The notes beneath the pieces were generated by a model. That model did no database searches, was not told the DNA's origin, and saw nothing but the letters and a program-made list of their open reading frames with translations. A DNA stretch of 64,000 nt, from the IMG/VR virus record IMGVR_UViG_3300014205_000232, positions 675 to 64,674 of that record; one strand, written 5' to 3'. Position 1 is the stretch's first letter, and each line of letters begins with the position of its first letter. Shown here piece after piece: positions 55,601-63,571 of this stretch. Both the position numbers and the translations under genes were made by a program. Source of the stretch: a virus.

Positions 55601-55616
55601 CCAATCCCAACTTAGT

Positions 55617-55650
55617 TGATCATCTCGGCCTCGTTCAGAGTAGTAGTCAT
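55617..55650 (+). promoter_or_regulatory. promoter-like motif
   Basis: gatcatctcggcctcgttcagagtagtagtcatgtag. Confidence 0.5.
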
Positions 55651-55694
55651 GTAGGGGGAACAACCCCCAGGGCAAATGACCCAAGGAAACGAAC

Positions 55695-56153
55695 ATGGAC
55701 ACTCAGATTTTTCGAGACCTGGAGTCGGGACTGTGGAACGAGATCAATCCCGACAAGTGCCCGTGCCAGGGGAACGGCTGGATCCTGAGTGACTGGGATA
55801 CTTGGCATCGGTGCCAGAGGCACGGTGTCAACGTGCCTCACCCGGAGGAAGAGGCCGAATTCAACGTTAAGGCCCACCGCCTGAACCTCTACCGCGATGC
55901 CTTCCGCCAGTACAAGGTCGCGGCTGAGCGCCTGGGTCTGAGGGGGACTTTCAAGGACGCCTGCCTTGCCCACCTGAAGGGGCCGGGCCCCTCAGCTGGT
56001 CCCTCGGCCTGGGTTGCAGCGGCCGAGAAGGTCTTTGTGGAGCTGGGGCAGGCCCGTGCGGACGAAGAGGCAACCCGCCAGGGTTTCAGCTGCGCCCTGG
56101 AGGCCAGCTGGGCTGACGAGGCTGAAAACGACCGGCGGGAAGCCGGTCTCTAA
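55695..56153 (+). CDS. hypothetical protein with Cys/His cluster
   Basis: Promoter motif with a long leader; CPCQGNGW...WHRCQRHG. Confidence 0.45.
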   Translation: MDTQIFRDLESGLWNEINPDKCPCQGNGWILSDWDTWHRCQRHGVNVPHPEEEAEFNVKAHRLNLYRDAFRQYKVAAERLGLRGTFKDACLAHLKGPGPSAGPSAWVAAAEKVFVELGQARADEEATRQGFSCALEASWADEAENDRREAGL

Positions 56154-56160
56154 GGGAAAC

Positions 56161-57489
56161 ATGGATAATCATTGTGGATTCACGGGAACTCGTGAAACCC
56201 TGACGGAGGCTCAAAGAACCACCCTGAAAGTGGTTCTTTTGGCACTCAAAGGTCGGGGATTTACACACCTCCATCATGGGGACTGCAAAGGCGCTGATGC
56301 GTCGGCAGACGCTCTTGCCTTAGAGTTGGGTCTTTTGCGGGTCTCTCACCCCCCAGATATCAACACCCTGCGGGCCTACTGTAAAGCGGAGGAGGTCCGT
56401 ACCCCAAAGGCTTACCTGACACGCAACGCAGATATTGTGGCTGAGTCCGCTGTCATGGTGGCTTGCCCCCGTGACATGACGGAGACTCAAAGGTCAGGCA
56501 CTTGGTCCACCATCCGCTTAGCTAGGAAGAAGGGGGTCAAGTTGTTGATCATCCTGCCTAGCGGGCAAGTCAAGGGGGGTGATCATGTCAGCCCCCCTCC
56601 GAGTAGTACTCCAGTACCAGAAACACTTCCCCCTCAGGTTTTTCAGATGGCAAAAAAGATCCAGATGACACCACGGCACACGGACAAGTACGTCGTGATG
56701 TTCCTATCCTATGGGGCCAATCGTCCGGCATACGGAAATGCTCGGGACGTGGCCATTGGGGACGTCCTCACCTATTTTGAGGAGAGCCGTTTCACGACCC
56801 AGGTCGTGTCCTCAGTGAACGCCGTCGGGTGCAAGGTGGCCCCCATGGTGGTAGGTGACTTCGTTGTGGCTGACGCCGCTACCGTCACCTACGACTCGTT
56901 CTACGAGATCTTGCGGCCCAGGACTTCGATCAGTGGAGACCTGACACCACCTGCCCCTCTCGAAATCGAGGAGGAGGAAGAGGTCACCGAGGATGAAACG
57001 GAGGACGATGAGATCGTAGTGGTGGAGCCAACCCCGGTGGTCGAGAGCACCGAGCCCGAAGAAGACATGCCGGTCGAGACCCCCGTTGAGGAAGAAGACC
57101 CCTCAGTCGAGACCCCCGTTGAGGAGGAGACCCCCATTGAACCTGAGGTAGCGGAGATTGAGGTCCCCGTTGTGCCCCAGGTGGCGGCACCGCCGAGTCC
57201 CGTTGAGGCACCAAAAGTCAAGGCTCCCAAGGCTGACCCGAAGCCCAAGGGGACGGAGGAAAGGGACCCCCGACTCCCCCCCGCGGGCCACTTTTTGGTG
57301 GTCCCCCAGAAGGGTTCGGCTCGGCCCTCGGCGACCCTCGATATGGTCACGGTCCTTGAACAGGGCTTCGAGTATCAGGGAATCTTCTACAAGTCCCTCT
57401 CGGGTCTGGCCAAGACTATCACGGGGAAGGGGGTCAATGGTTTTGCCCACTTCAACCTGACGGAGCCCTGGGTAGACAAGGAGAACTGA
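56161..57489 (+). CDS. protein with N-terminal SLOG/DUF2493-like Rossmann domain and acidic Pro/Glu/Val repeat C-terminus
   Basis: Start at Met50 of the ORF-track frame (MDNHCGFTGTRE...HHGDCKGADA); 33-bp coding tandem repeats PVETPVEEE; an internal promoter motif lies at the domain boundary. Confidence 0.5.
   Translation: MDNHCGFTGTRETLTEAQRTTLKVVLLALKGRGFTHLHHGDCKGADASADALALELGLLRVSHPPDINTLRAYCKAEEVRTPKAYLTRNADIVAESAVMVACPRDMTETQRSGTWSTIRLARKKGVKLLIILPSGQVKGGDHVSPPPSSTPVPETLPPQVFQMAKKIQMTPRHTDKYVVMFLSYGANRPAYGNARDVAIGDVLTYFEESRFTTQVVSSVNAVGCKVAPMVVGDFVVADAATVTYDSFYEILRPRTSISGDLTPPAPLEIEEEEEVTEDETEDDEIVVVEPTPVVESTEPEEDMPVETPVEEEDPSVETPVEEETPIEPEVAEIEVPVVPQVAAPPSPVEAPKVKAPKADPKPKGTEERDPRLPPAGHFLVVPQKGSARPSATLDMVTVLEQGFEYQGIFYKSLSGLAKTITGKGVNGFAHFNLTEPWVDKEN
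56581..56609 (+). promoter_or_regulatory. intragenic promoter-like motif
   Basis: gatcatgtcagcccccctccgagtagtac inside the 56161..57489 reading frame. Confidence 0.35.
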
Positions 57490-57491
57490 TC

Positions 57492-57839
57492 ATGCTTACC
57501 AGCCAAGAAAAGAAGACTAGTCAGGATCTACATGCCTGGGCCCGTGATGCACGGACAGCCGTAGTGGTGTCCACCGCCCTGTTTGTCTCTCTGACGGTGA
57601 CCTCATGGATCCTTCTCCTGTCGGGGCTCTGGATCGGTTTAACCCTGAGCGTATCCTGTTCTTTCTATGCCGCTATTCTCGCCCGGATATTCCGACGGGA
57701 GGAGGCCCTTGTGCTCCACAAGTTGGACACCTTCCTGAGTATCACTGAGGACACCTGGGACCGAGACCTGGGGGCTGACCGAGACCCACTGCTGAACCAG
57801 ACGCTACAGGAGTTGGCCAATGACGCCGCTAATCGTTAG
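57492..57839 (+). CDS. small membrane protein
   Basis: Two TM helices; ORF track. Confidence 0.4.
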   Translation: MLTSQEKKTSQDLHAWARDARTAVVVSTALFVSLTVTSWILLLSGLWIGLTLSVSCSFYAAILARIFRREEALVLHKLDTFLSITEDTWDRDLGADRDPLLNQTLQELANDAANR

Positions 57840-58218
57840 TATCTCCCTTGTGATCCTGATTTTCACGAGCATCATCACAGTCGCTTCCCTGTGGTACTTG
57901 TTTGCTCTTCACAAGGGCAAGAACATCTGGCACATCGCAACCCTCATGGTCCTTTGTTCCTTGGCTTTGTTGGTCACCGTCATTGAGGCGACCGAGGTTC
58001 GAAGCCCCATTTTGCCCGAGCAACCCAATGTCGGTGCCGTGGAACCTGTCAAGGCCCGGCCCGACTTTGCGCAGCAGTACCGTACACAGGAGCAGTTCCA
58101 GTCTAAGACTCTGGAGCAGATCAAGAAAGAGAAGCCAGTGCCCCCTACGATCGAAGAGCGAATCCGAACTGAAGCTGACAATTACAAGTTGTTTCTAGAG
58201 GAACTGAAGGAAAAGTAG
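57820..58218 (+). CDS. NfeD-like membrane protein
   Basis: Two N-terminal TM helices plus a soluble tail, immediately upstream of the SPFH gene (typical NfeD/SPFH operon). Confidence 0.5.
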   Translation: MTPLIVSISLVILIFTSIITVASLWYLFALHKGKNIWHIATLMVLCSLALLVTVIEATEVRSPILPEQPNVGAVEPVKARPDFAQQYRTQEQFQSKTLEQIKKEKPVPPTIEERIRTEADNYKLFLEELKEK

Positions 58219-58219
58219 C

Positions 58220-59248
58220 ATGACAAGCAACGTAGCCCGTATGGTCCTTTTGCTCCTGGCTATGACCATGCCAGGTTGTCCCGCCTGTGAGGAACGTGTC
58301 CCAGCAGGCCACATCGGCCGGACTTGGGAACCATCTGGTTCCTCGGCTGAACTGTTGGCCCCTGGAACCCACACCTGTTGGGGCAGGTGTGAGATGCTCC
58401 TGATGGAGGTGGGAGACGCAAACTTCAAGATCCCCATGAATGTGCTTTGTGCCGATGACTTGAACTTCAAGTTCGAGATCAACATCCTTGCCTCCGTGGA
58501 CCAGTCATCAAAGGATGCCATTCTTTGGGCCTTTGAGAATCTCAATCCAACGGTGCCTGGGTTGATCACCACGGATCAGCTTTTTCAGACCTACATCCAG
58601 CCCCTGGCCGTGGAAAAGTCCAGCAAGGCGATTTTTAGGTATGCCACGACAGAGATCGCGAAGAACCGAGCACAGGTGACGGAAGAGGTTCGCACTGCGG
58701 TCCTGGAGGCCACTAAGGGCTTGATCATCCAGGTCAAGCAGGTCTCTGTCAGCAACCTTGAGTTTCCACCCCTCATTATGGCGGCTCAAGAGGCCCGAGC
58801 ACAGCGCCAGATTGAGATCGAGACCGCAAAGGCTGAGGGTGAGAAGAAGGCCGCCACTGCTCAGGCCCGTGTGACCCTTGCTCGTATTGAGGCGAATGAA
58901 CGTTTGCTCAGGGCCCAGTCACAAGCCGACTCCAACCGTATCCTGGCCTCCTCCGTTTCCCCCCAGCTGCTTGCTTGGCGTCAGTACGAGGTGATGGAAG
59001 CAGCCGCTGGTGGTGCAAACAACATGTTCCTGATCCCCTACACGGACACAGCCAACAAGGGACTCGACACCACCCGTTGGATGGACAGTCAGGGAATCTT
59101 GGATGCTCAGCTGCTGCGGCGTATGCAAGAGGCCCAGGAGTCAGCTGAAGAAGTCTCCCGGCCTACCGTACCTCTCAGTTTCCCCGCCCTGTTGGAGCAA
59201 GCCAAGAAGGTTCCGGCGGTAGAGGTTGAGACTCCCGCCCTTCCGTAA
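58220..59248 (+). CDS. SPFH/Band-7 (stomatin/prohibitin/HflKC-like) protein
   Basis: SPFH core with ...RVTLARIEANERLLRAQSQADS coiled-coil tail; terminator follows. Confidence 0.75.
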   Translation: MTSNVARMVLLLLAMTMPGCPACEERVPAGHIGRTWEPSGSSAELLAPGTHTCWGRCEMLLMEVGDANFKIPMNVLCADDLNFKFEINILASVDQSSKDAILWAFENLNPTVPGLITTDQLFQTYIQPLAVEKSSKAIFRYATTEIAKNRAQVTEEVRTAVLEATKGLIIQVKQVSVSNLEFPPLIMAAQEARAQRQIEIETAKAEGEKKAATAQARVTLARIEANERLLRAQSQADSNRILASSVSPQLLAWRQYEVMEAAAGGANNMFLIPYTDTANKGLDTTRWMDSQGILDAQLLRRMQEAQESAEEVSRPTVPLSFPALLEQAKKVPAVEVETPALP

Positions 59249-59265
59249 CCCAGTCTGAATGGAGA

Positions 59266-59302
59266 GAGGGGTGGCTTGTCTAGGACGAGTCACCCCTTTT
59301 TT
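59266..59302 (+). terminator. rho-independent terminator after the SPFH gene
   Basis: ggggtg...cacccc followed by tttttt. Confidence 0.5.
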
Positions 59303-59310
59303 GTGATACA

Positions 59311-59553
59311 ATGACTTTTGAGATTCAGCCCTCTAAACCTTTGGTCAATCGTCGCATAACCCTTTCCTTTGACCTAGGGCCGCCACGACGCCCTCAAAGC
59401 TGGTGGCGTCGTCTGTGGTTGTGGGTGCGTCGACTGTTTTCTAAGTCCCCACCACTAGCCCCTGAGGACAAAGCGGCAAAGGCGATGGCTCAGGACATTG
59501 CTCGTATGGAGGACGAGAGGATCCTCACGGAGTTGAGTCAGAGGTGCCCATGA
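59311..59553 (+). CDS. small cationic Trp-rich protein (candidate toxin partner)
   Basis: RPQSWWRRLWLWVRRLF amphipathic segment; 10-nt overlap with the downstream Panacea-domain gene. Confidence 0.4.
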   Translation: MTFEIQPSKPLVNRRITLSFDLGPPRRPQSWWRRLWLWVRRLFSKSPPLAPEDKAAKAMAQDIARMEDERILTELSQRCP

Positions 59554-59990
59554 TCCGCGTACAAGATGTAGCCTTCTACCTGTACAACAAGGTGCCGATC
59601 ACGCATTTGAAGATGCATCGGATCTTGTATTATGCCCAGGCGTGGTCCCTTGTTTGGGACAAGCAACCCTTGTTTGGGGACGAGATCCAAGCATGGCCCG
59701 GTGGCCCCATGATCCCAACCCTCTATGAGACGCTCAAGGGCCAGTTCATGGTGGACGTGTGGCCTGCGGGGGACTGGACGCCCTTGACGGAGGAGCAGTT
59801 GGACACTGTGGATTCGGTGCTTGACTTTTATTTCAAGTACTCGGCCCAACAACTGAGTGAGTTGTCACGTCGAGAAGACCCTTGGATGGACGCAAGGCAT
59901 GGTTTTCGTCATGGGGATCCATGCAACGTGGTCATCAGCCATGAGTCCATGCAAAAGTACTACTCCAGTTTGCTGATCTCGCCGGCATAG
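59544..59990 (+). CDS. Panacea/DUF4065 (SocA-like antitoxin domain) protein
   Basis: HLKMHRILYYAQAWSLVWDKQPLFGDEIQAWPGGPMIPTLY matches the DUF4065 N-terminal signature (KLqKLLYyAqgw.L...g.pLF.e.i.AW..GPV). Confidence 0.65.
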   Translation: MPMIRVQDVAFYLYNKVPITHLKMHRILYYAQAWSLVWDKQPLFGDEIQAWPGGPMIPTLYETLKGQFMVDVWPAGDWTPLTEEQLDTVDSVLDFYFKYSAQQLSELSRREDPWMDARHGFRHGDPCNVVISHESMQKYYSSLLISPA

Positions 59991-60310
59991 CACCAGACTA
60001 GGTGAGGTAGGAGTTCTTCCGGCCCCAGGAAGTCAATCTCCTGCATCTCTAAGCTGTTTCCGGCCTTGAATGAGCGGAGTCCAAAGACTCCGTCCTCACC
60101 TACAAAAAGGTCGAGACGTCTTCCCAATAGGATGCTGGAACACCACATCATCTCCACATCCCCGTCTGATCCCACTGAAATAGTGAGCGGGGGCATGATT
60201 CTGGCATAAAGGCGGGCTGTTTCCACCCACTCTTTTTTCGGAGCCAAAGCCCCGTTTCCATCCCAGTTTTCGGGTAGGGTCAACAAGGCGTCAAGAGTCA
60301 TAGATCCCAT
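59960..60310 (-). CDS. hypothetical protein
   Basis: GGAGGA RBS 3 nt upstream of ATG; convergent with the Panacea gene. Confidence 0.4.
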   Translation of the reverse strand: MGSMTLDALLTLPENWDGNGALAPKKEWVETARLYARIMPPLTISVGSDGDVEMMWCSSILLGRRLDLFVGEDGVFGLRSFKAGNSLEMQEIDFLGPEELLPHLVWCYAGEISKLE

Positions 60311-60367
60311 CTATCCTCCAAGGTCTCCTGTTAGTGTACCTCGAAACTTTTCAAAGGAATCAACAAA

Positions 60368-60937
60368 ATGAGTGACTGGATTGAGTGCAATCTTCCTTGG
60401 TCGACCGTACCTTTCGAAGCTCCCCCCATCCCTGATACCTCCGATTTCGAACGGAGTTTGGTTGGCGTCTCAAGGGCTGAGTTGCAAGCCATGCCAGACC
60501 CTTTTCAAGACCTGGAACTGTTGGGCTCAGCCCTTTTTGGTGGGGCTCAAGGATCAACGAAGTCAAATCTGACTTGGGCGCAAGAGGCACAGATTTTTCT
60601 GCACGAGCAAAGGCGTGAGTTGATTCGTTTTTTGAATCGAGCAGTAGAAATGAGTCCTCAAATCCTGGCATGGAGGGCAGAGAAAGCTCGATTGCGAGAG
60701 GAGGCCCAAAGAGACAGTTTCTGTGGTCGAGGTCTGGATATTCCCGGGACCATTGTAGAGACAAGACTCAGTGGGACTTATCTACTGGGATCTTTTCCTG
60801 AGAGCCTCTTAGATGATGACACGGTAATTCGTTACCGTGTGCTGGAGGGTCTCGAGGGCATTGCTAACAAGGACGTGAGCTTGCACTCTCTGTTTAGGGG
60901 TGAGCTTTTGAAAGCGTTTGCGGATTGTAATCTGTAA
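60368..60937 (+). CDS. hypothetical protein
   Basis: ORF track; N-terminus MSDWIECNLPWS resembles 27589..28032. Confidence 0.45.
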   Translation: MSDWIECNLPWSTVPFEAPPIPDTSDFERSLVGVSRAELQAMPDPFQDLELLGSALFGGAQGSTKSNLTWAQEAQIFLHEQRRELIRFLNRAVEMSPQILAWRAEKARLREEAQRDSFCGRGLDIPGTIVETRLSGTYLLGSFPESLLDDDTVIRYRVLEGLEGIANKDVSLHSLFRGELLKAFADCNL

Positions 60938-61041
60938 CTTTTGTGCTCCTCAAGGGCCTGGGTTCCACTAGGTGGCTTATCAAGCTCGTAGGTAGGTACG
61001 AGCGAGGTCTTAGGCGACGTAGTCCAGAATCCATGTAACCC

Positions 61042-62046
61042 TTGAGGTTCCCTTTGGAGACATTCAGACAAACGCTTAAGTTTCCCGATGCCGCAATTCT
61101 GAAGAAGGCCGTTGGTCCAGAGCAGTGCAACCTACATGCTCTGGCTGAATCTGCTTGTGTCAAGATTCACCACCAATCGCGTCGTCTTGTGATTGAGGCT
61201 GAACATGAGTTGGATCTCGCGAAGGCCATAGGCTTGGTGGATCAGTTGATCCGGCGGGCAAAGGAAGGAAAGGAGACTCTACCTAGGGCGGTTAAACACA
61301 TGGCAAATCTGAAAAGGACCTCGGAGTCGGACACCTCAGTAGTCAAGCCCAAGACCGAAGGCCAGCGTGAATACCTGGACGTCATTCGCAGGCACGACAT
61401 GGTGTTTGGACTGGGACCGGCGGGCACAGGAAAAACGTTTCTGGCCGTAGCTGAGGCCGTCAAGGCTCTGCAGCAAAATAAGGTCAGTCAGTTGATCCTC
61501 ACTCGTCCCGCGGTTGAGGCGGGTGAGCGGCTCGGGTTCCTACCTGGAACGGCACAGGAGAAGGTGGACCCTTACCTCCAGCCGCTCTTTGACTCTCTCA
61601 TCAAGTTGTTGGGCAAGAGTCAGGTCGAGGCCATGCGTAAGAAGGGCACCATTGAGTTGGCCCCTATCGCCTTCATGAGAGGCCGGACCCTCGAGAATGC
61701 CTTTGTGCTCTTGGACGAGGCTCAGAACTGCACGTTCGAGCAGTTGATGATGTTGATCACCCGGTTGGGTGAGGGTTCCAAGTGTGTTGTGACGGGTGAC
61801 GCATCCCAGGTAGACTTGGATCGGACTCGCAGCGGGTTGGTTGAAATGGTCCATGTCCTTCAGGACGTGGAGGGCATTGGGACCTGTTTCCTCACGGCAG
61901 ATGACGTTGTGCGTCACCCCCTGGTGACTCGTATCGTGACCGCCGTTGAGAAGTACCAGGCAGAGAAGCCCGGTGCCCGTGAGAACCCCAACCTCAAGAG
62001 GGAGTACCCCAAGAGCAAGAAGCGGGATGACTATCCTCCCTACTGA
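61042..62046 (+). CDS. phoH: PhoH-like ATPase
   Basis: Walker A GPAGTGKT, LTRPAVEAGERLGFLPG, LLDEAQN, VVTGDASQVDL; apparent TTG start; terminator follows. Confidence 0.85.
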   Translation: MRFPLETFRQTLKFPDAAILKKAVGPEQCNLHALAESACVKIHHQSRRLVIEAEHELDLAKAIGLVDQLIRRAKEGKETLPRAVKHMANLKRTSESDTSVVKPKTEGQREYLDVIRRHDMVFGLGPAGTGKTFLAVAEAVKALQQNKVSQLILTRPAVEAGERLGFLPGTAQEKVDPYLQPLFDSLIKLLGKSQVEAMRKKGTIELAPIAFMRGRTLENAFVLLDEAQNCTFEQLMMLITRLGEGSKCVVTGDASQVDLDRTRSGLVEMVHVLQDVEGIGTCFLTADDVVRHPLVTRIVTAVEKYQAEKPGARENPNLKREYPKSKKRDDYPPY

Positions 62047-62069
62047 AACTTGAGGGTCTGAGAATGTAA

Positions 62070-62098
62070 AAAGGGCTTCCGAGAGGAGGCCCTTTTTA
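62070..62098 (+). terminator. rho-independent terminator after phoH
   Basis: gggcttcc-gaga-ggaggccc followed by tttttatt. Confidence 0.6.
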
Positions 62099-62101
62099 TT
62101 C

Positions 62102-62130
62102 GATCATCTGGTGCTATGTTGGAGTAGTAC
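62102..62130 (+). promoter_or_regulatory. promoter-like motif
   Basis: gatcatctggtgctatgttggagtagtac, then AGGAG and ATG. Confidence 0.5.
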
Positions 62131-62156
62131 CCTTGTACAGGAGTAGGAGTACTACC

Positions 62157-62354
62157 ATGCTGACCCCCGCCGAACGTTTTGACAAGTACCGAGAACTGCT
62201 TCGTCAGATCGATCTCCTGATGGCAAACCATTTGAGGTGGATTGAGGATCAGTCCCCGTCACTGAGTCTCTCGGCAAAGGAGGCCGGCGCCTTTGCCTTC
62301 GAAAAGGAACTCGACCGCATCCGAGCTGAGATGCGCGCCATCGACATCATGTGA
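62157..62354 (+). CDS. small hypothetical protein
   Basis: Met9 of the ORF-track frame after promoter motif and AGGAG RBS. Confidence 0.4.
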   Translation: MLTPAERFDKYRELLRQIDLLMANHLRWIEDQSPSLSLSAKEAGAFAFEKELDRIRAEMRAIDIM

Positions 62355-62366
62355 CGAGGGGTCCTC

Positions 62367-62717
62367 ATGAGAACGTTGCCCCATCAAACTCGGACTTCCA
62401 AAATGAAAAACATCCGTCAGTGGGTGCTCATCACTCTCGGTACCCTTGCCCTTGTTGCTGTCATTTTTCTCGTGCCTTATTACGGCTGTTCCAGGCCGGG
62501 GAAGACCCGAGAATTCCTGACCCCCCAAGGCTACACGAATATTCAGACCGGAGGGTACAGCTTCTTCTCCTGTGCCACCACCTCAGGTCCGAAGGGTCAG
62601 TCAGACGACTCCGGGACTTTCCGCACGAATTTCGAGGCCACCTCACCCGCAGGCTACCCCGTGTCAGGCACCTACTGCTGCGGAGTGATCCGGGGGTGCT
62701 ACATTGAGTGGGACTGA
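62367..62717 (+). CDS. small membrane-anchored/exported protein
   Basis: N-terminal hydrophobic WVLITLGTLALVAVIFLV; start may be the internal MKNIRQ. Confidence 0.4.
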   Translation: MRTLPHQTRTSKMKNIRQWVLITLGTLALVAVIFLVPYYGCSRPGKTREFLTPQGYTNIQTGGYSFFSCATTSGPKGQSDDSGTFRTNFEATSPAGYPVSGTYCCGVIRGCYIEWD

Positions 62718-62904
62718 ACCCAAGTACCCCTGCCATGACTGTGGGACCACCCGGAGTAGGTCTAGAATGGTGCCGCGACGGATTTTCCGGGGCAAGGGAC
62801 CATTGGTCTGGTTTTGCCAGGAGCAAGGGATCTGTCAAGCTCAGGTTAAGCGTACCCGCTTGGAGTTACTGCTACGAGCCCGACGGAAAATCACTCAGCT
62901 TTGA
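62704..62904 (+). CDS. small basic hypothetical protein
   Basis: ORF track; overlaps neighbours, weak. Confidence 0.3.
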   Translation: MSGTEPKYPCHDCGTTRSRSRMVPRRIFRGKGPLVWFCQEQGICQAQVKRTRLELLLRARRKITQL

Positions 62905-63480
62905 GAGTGTCAACGTTGCCCGGCCACACTGTGGATCATAGAAGCCTTGCACCGTGAGGAGCCTTTGTTCCTTGGGCCAGTCCCGAGCTAACATGTTGGC
63001 TAAACGATCAGCCTCCTGTAAGACCCTGTGGCTAGGGATGGCCAGAATCAGAACCTCTGCCTCAATCTCGAAGGGGTGAAAACCCCTGTCCCAAAGCCAT
63101 TGCAGAAAAGCCCCCTTTTGGGGATACTCCTGCTTGAGCACCAGGACCCCTTTCATCACGGGTCGAAAAGATTGGGCAGGCCCTCCGAAAGAGGAGTCGG
63201 GTATCAGGACCATTGGCCCCAACCCCTTGGTCCATTCACCCCACGCCGGGTTTACTAGCACCTCTCGTGTGGCCCCTCGGTGGCCCCATAGGGCGGTCAA
63301 CTCGGTTTGGGCTAGGGCTTGAGCCGTTGGGTCGAGCATGTTCCACAGGACGCGCTCCTCGGCGATCAAACGTTGATCGTCAAGCAAAGTCCACGGGACC
63401 CCTTTTGGCAAAGACCGGCCAACAAGTAACTGTAAAGCCAGATCATGATGGAGGTCGAAAACTGTTTTTCCTGTGCTCAT
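62872..63480 (-). CDS. hypothetical protein
   Basis: ORF track; AAGGTAG RBS-like region upstream. Confidence 0.45.
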   Translation of the reverse strand: MSTGKTVFDLHHDLALQLLVGRSLPKGVPWTLLDDQRLIAEERVLWNMLDPTAQALAQTELTALWGHRGATREVLVNPAWGEWTKGLGPMVLIPDSSFGGPAQSFRPVMKGVLVLKQEYPQKGAFLQWLWDRGFHPFEIEAEVLILAIPSHRVLQEADRLANMLARDWPKEQRLLTVQGFYDPQCGRATLTLSKLSDFPSGS

Positions 63481-63571
63481 GTCTTCTACCTTACCGCTTT
63501 TGGTCTCGCGAGAGGTTCTATAACACTTCAGTGGTGGTATCTTTCATCTAGGACCCTTAGCAGGACGTGAT

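Noticed and set aside
55517-55702. 61-aa minus-strand ORF across the candidate ncRNA region
   Set aside because: It overlaps two + strand promoter motifs and a structured region, and has no RBS. The RNA interpretation is preferred.
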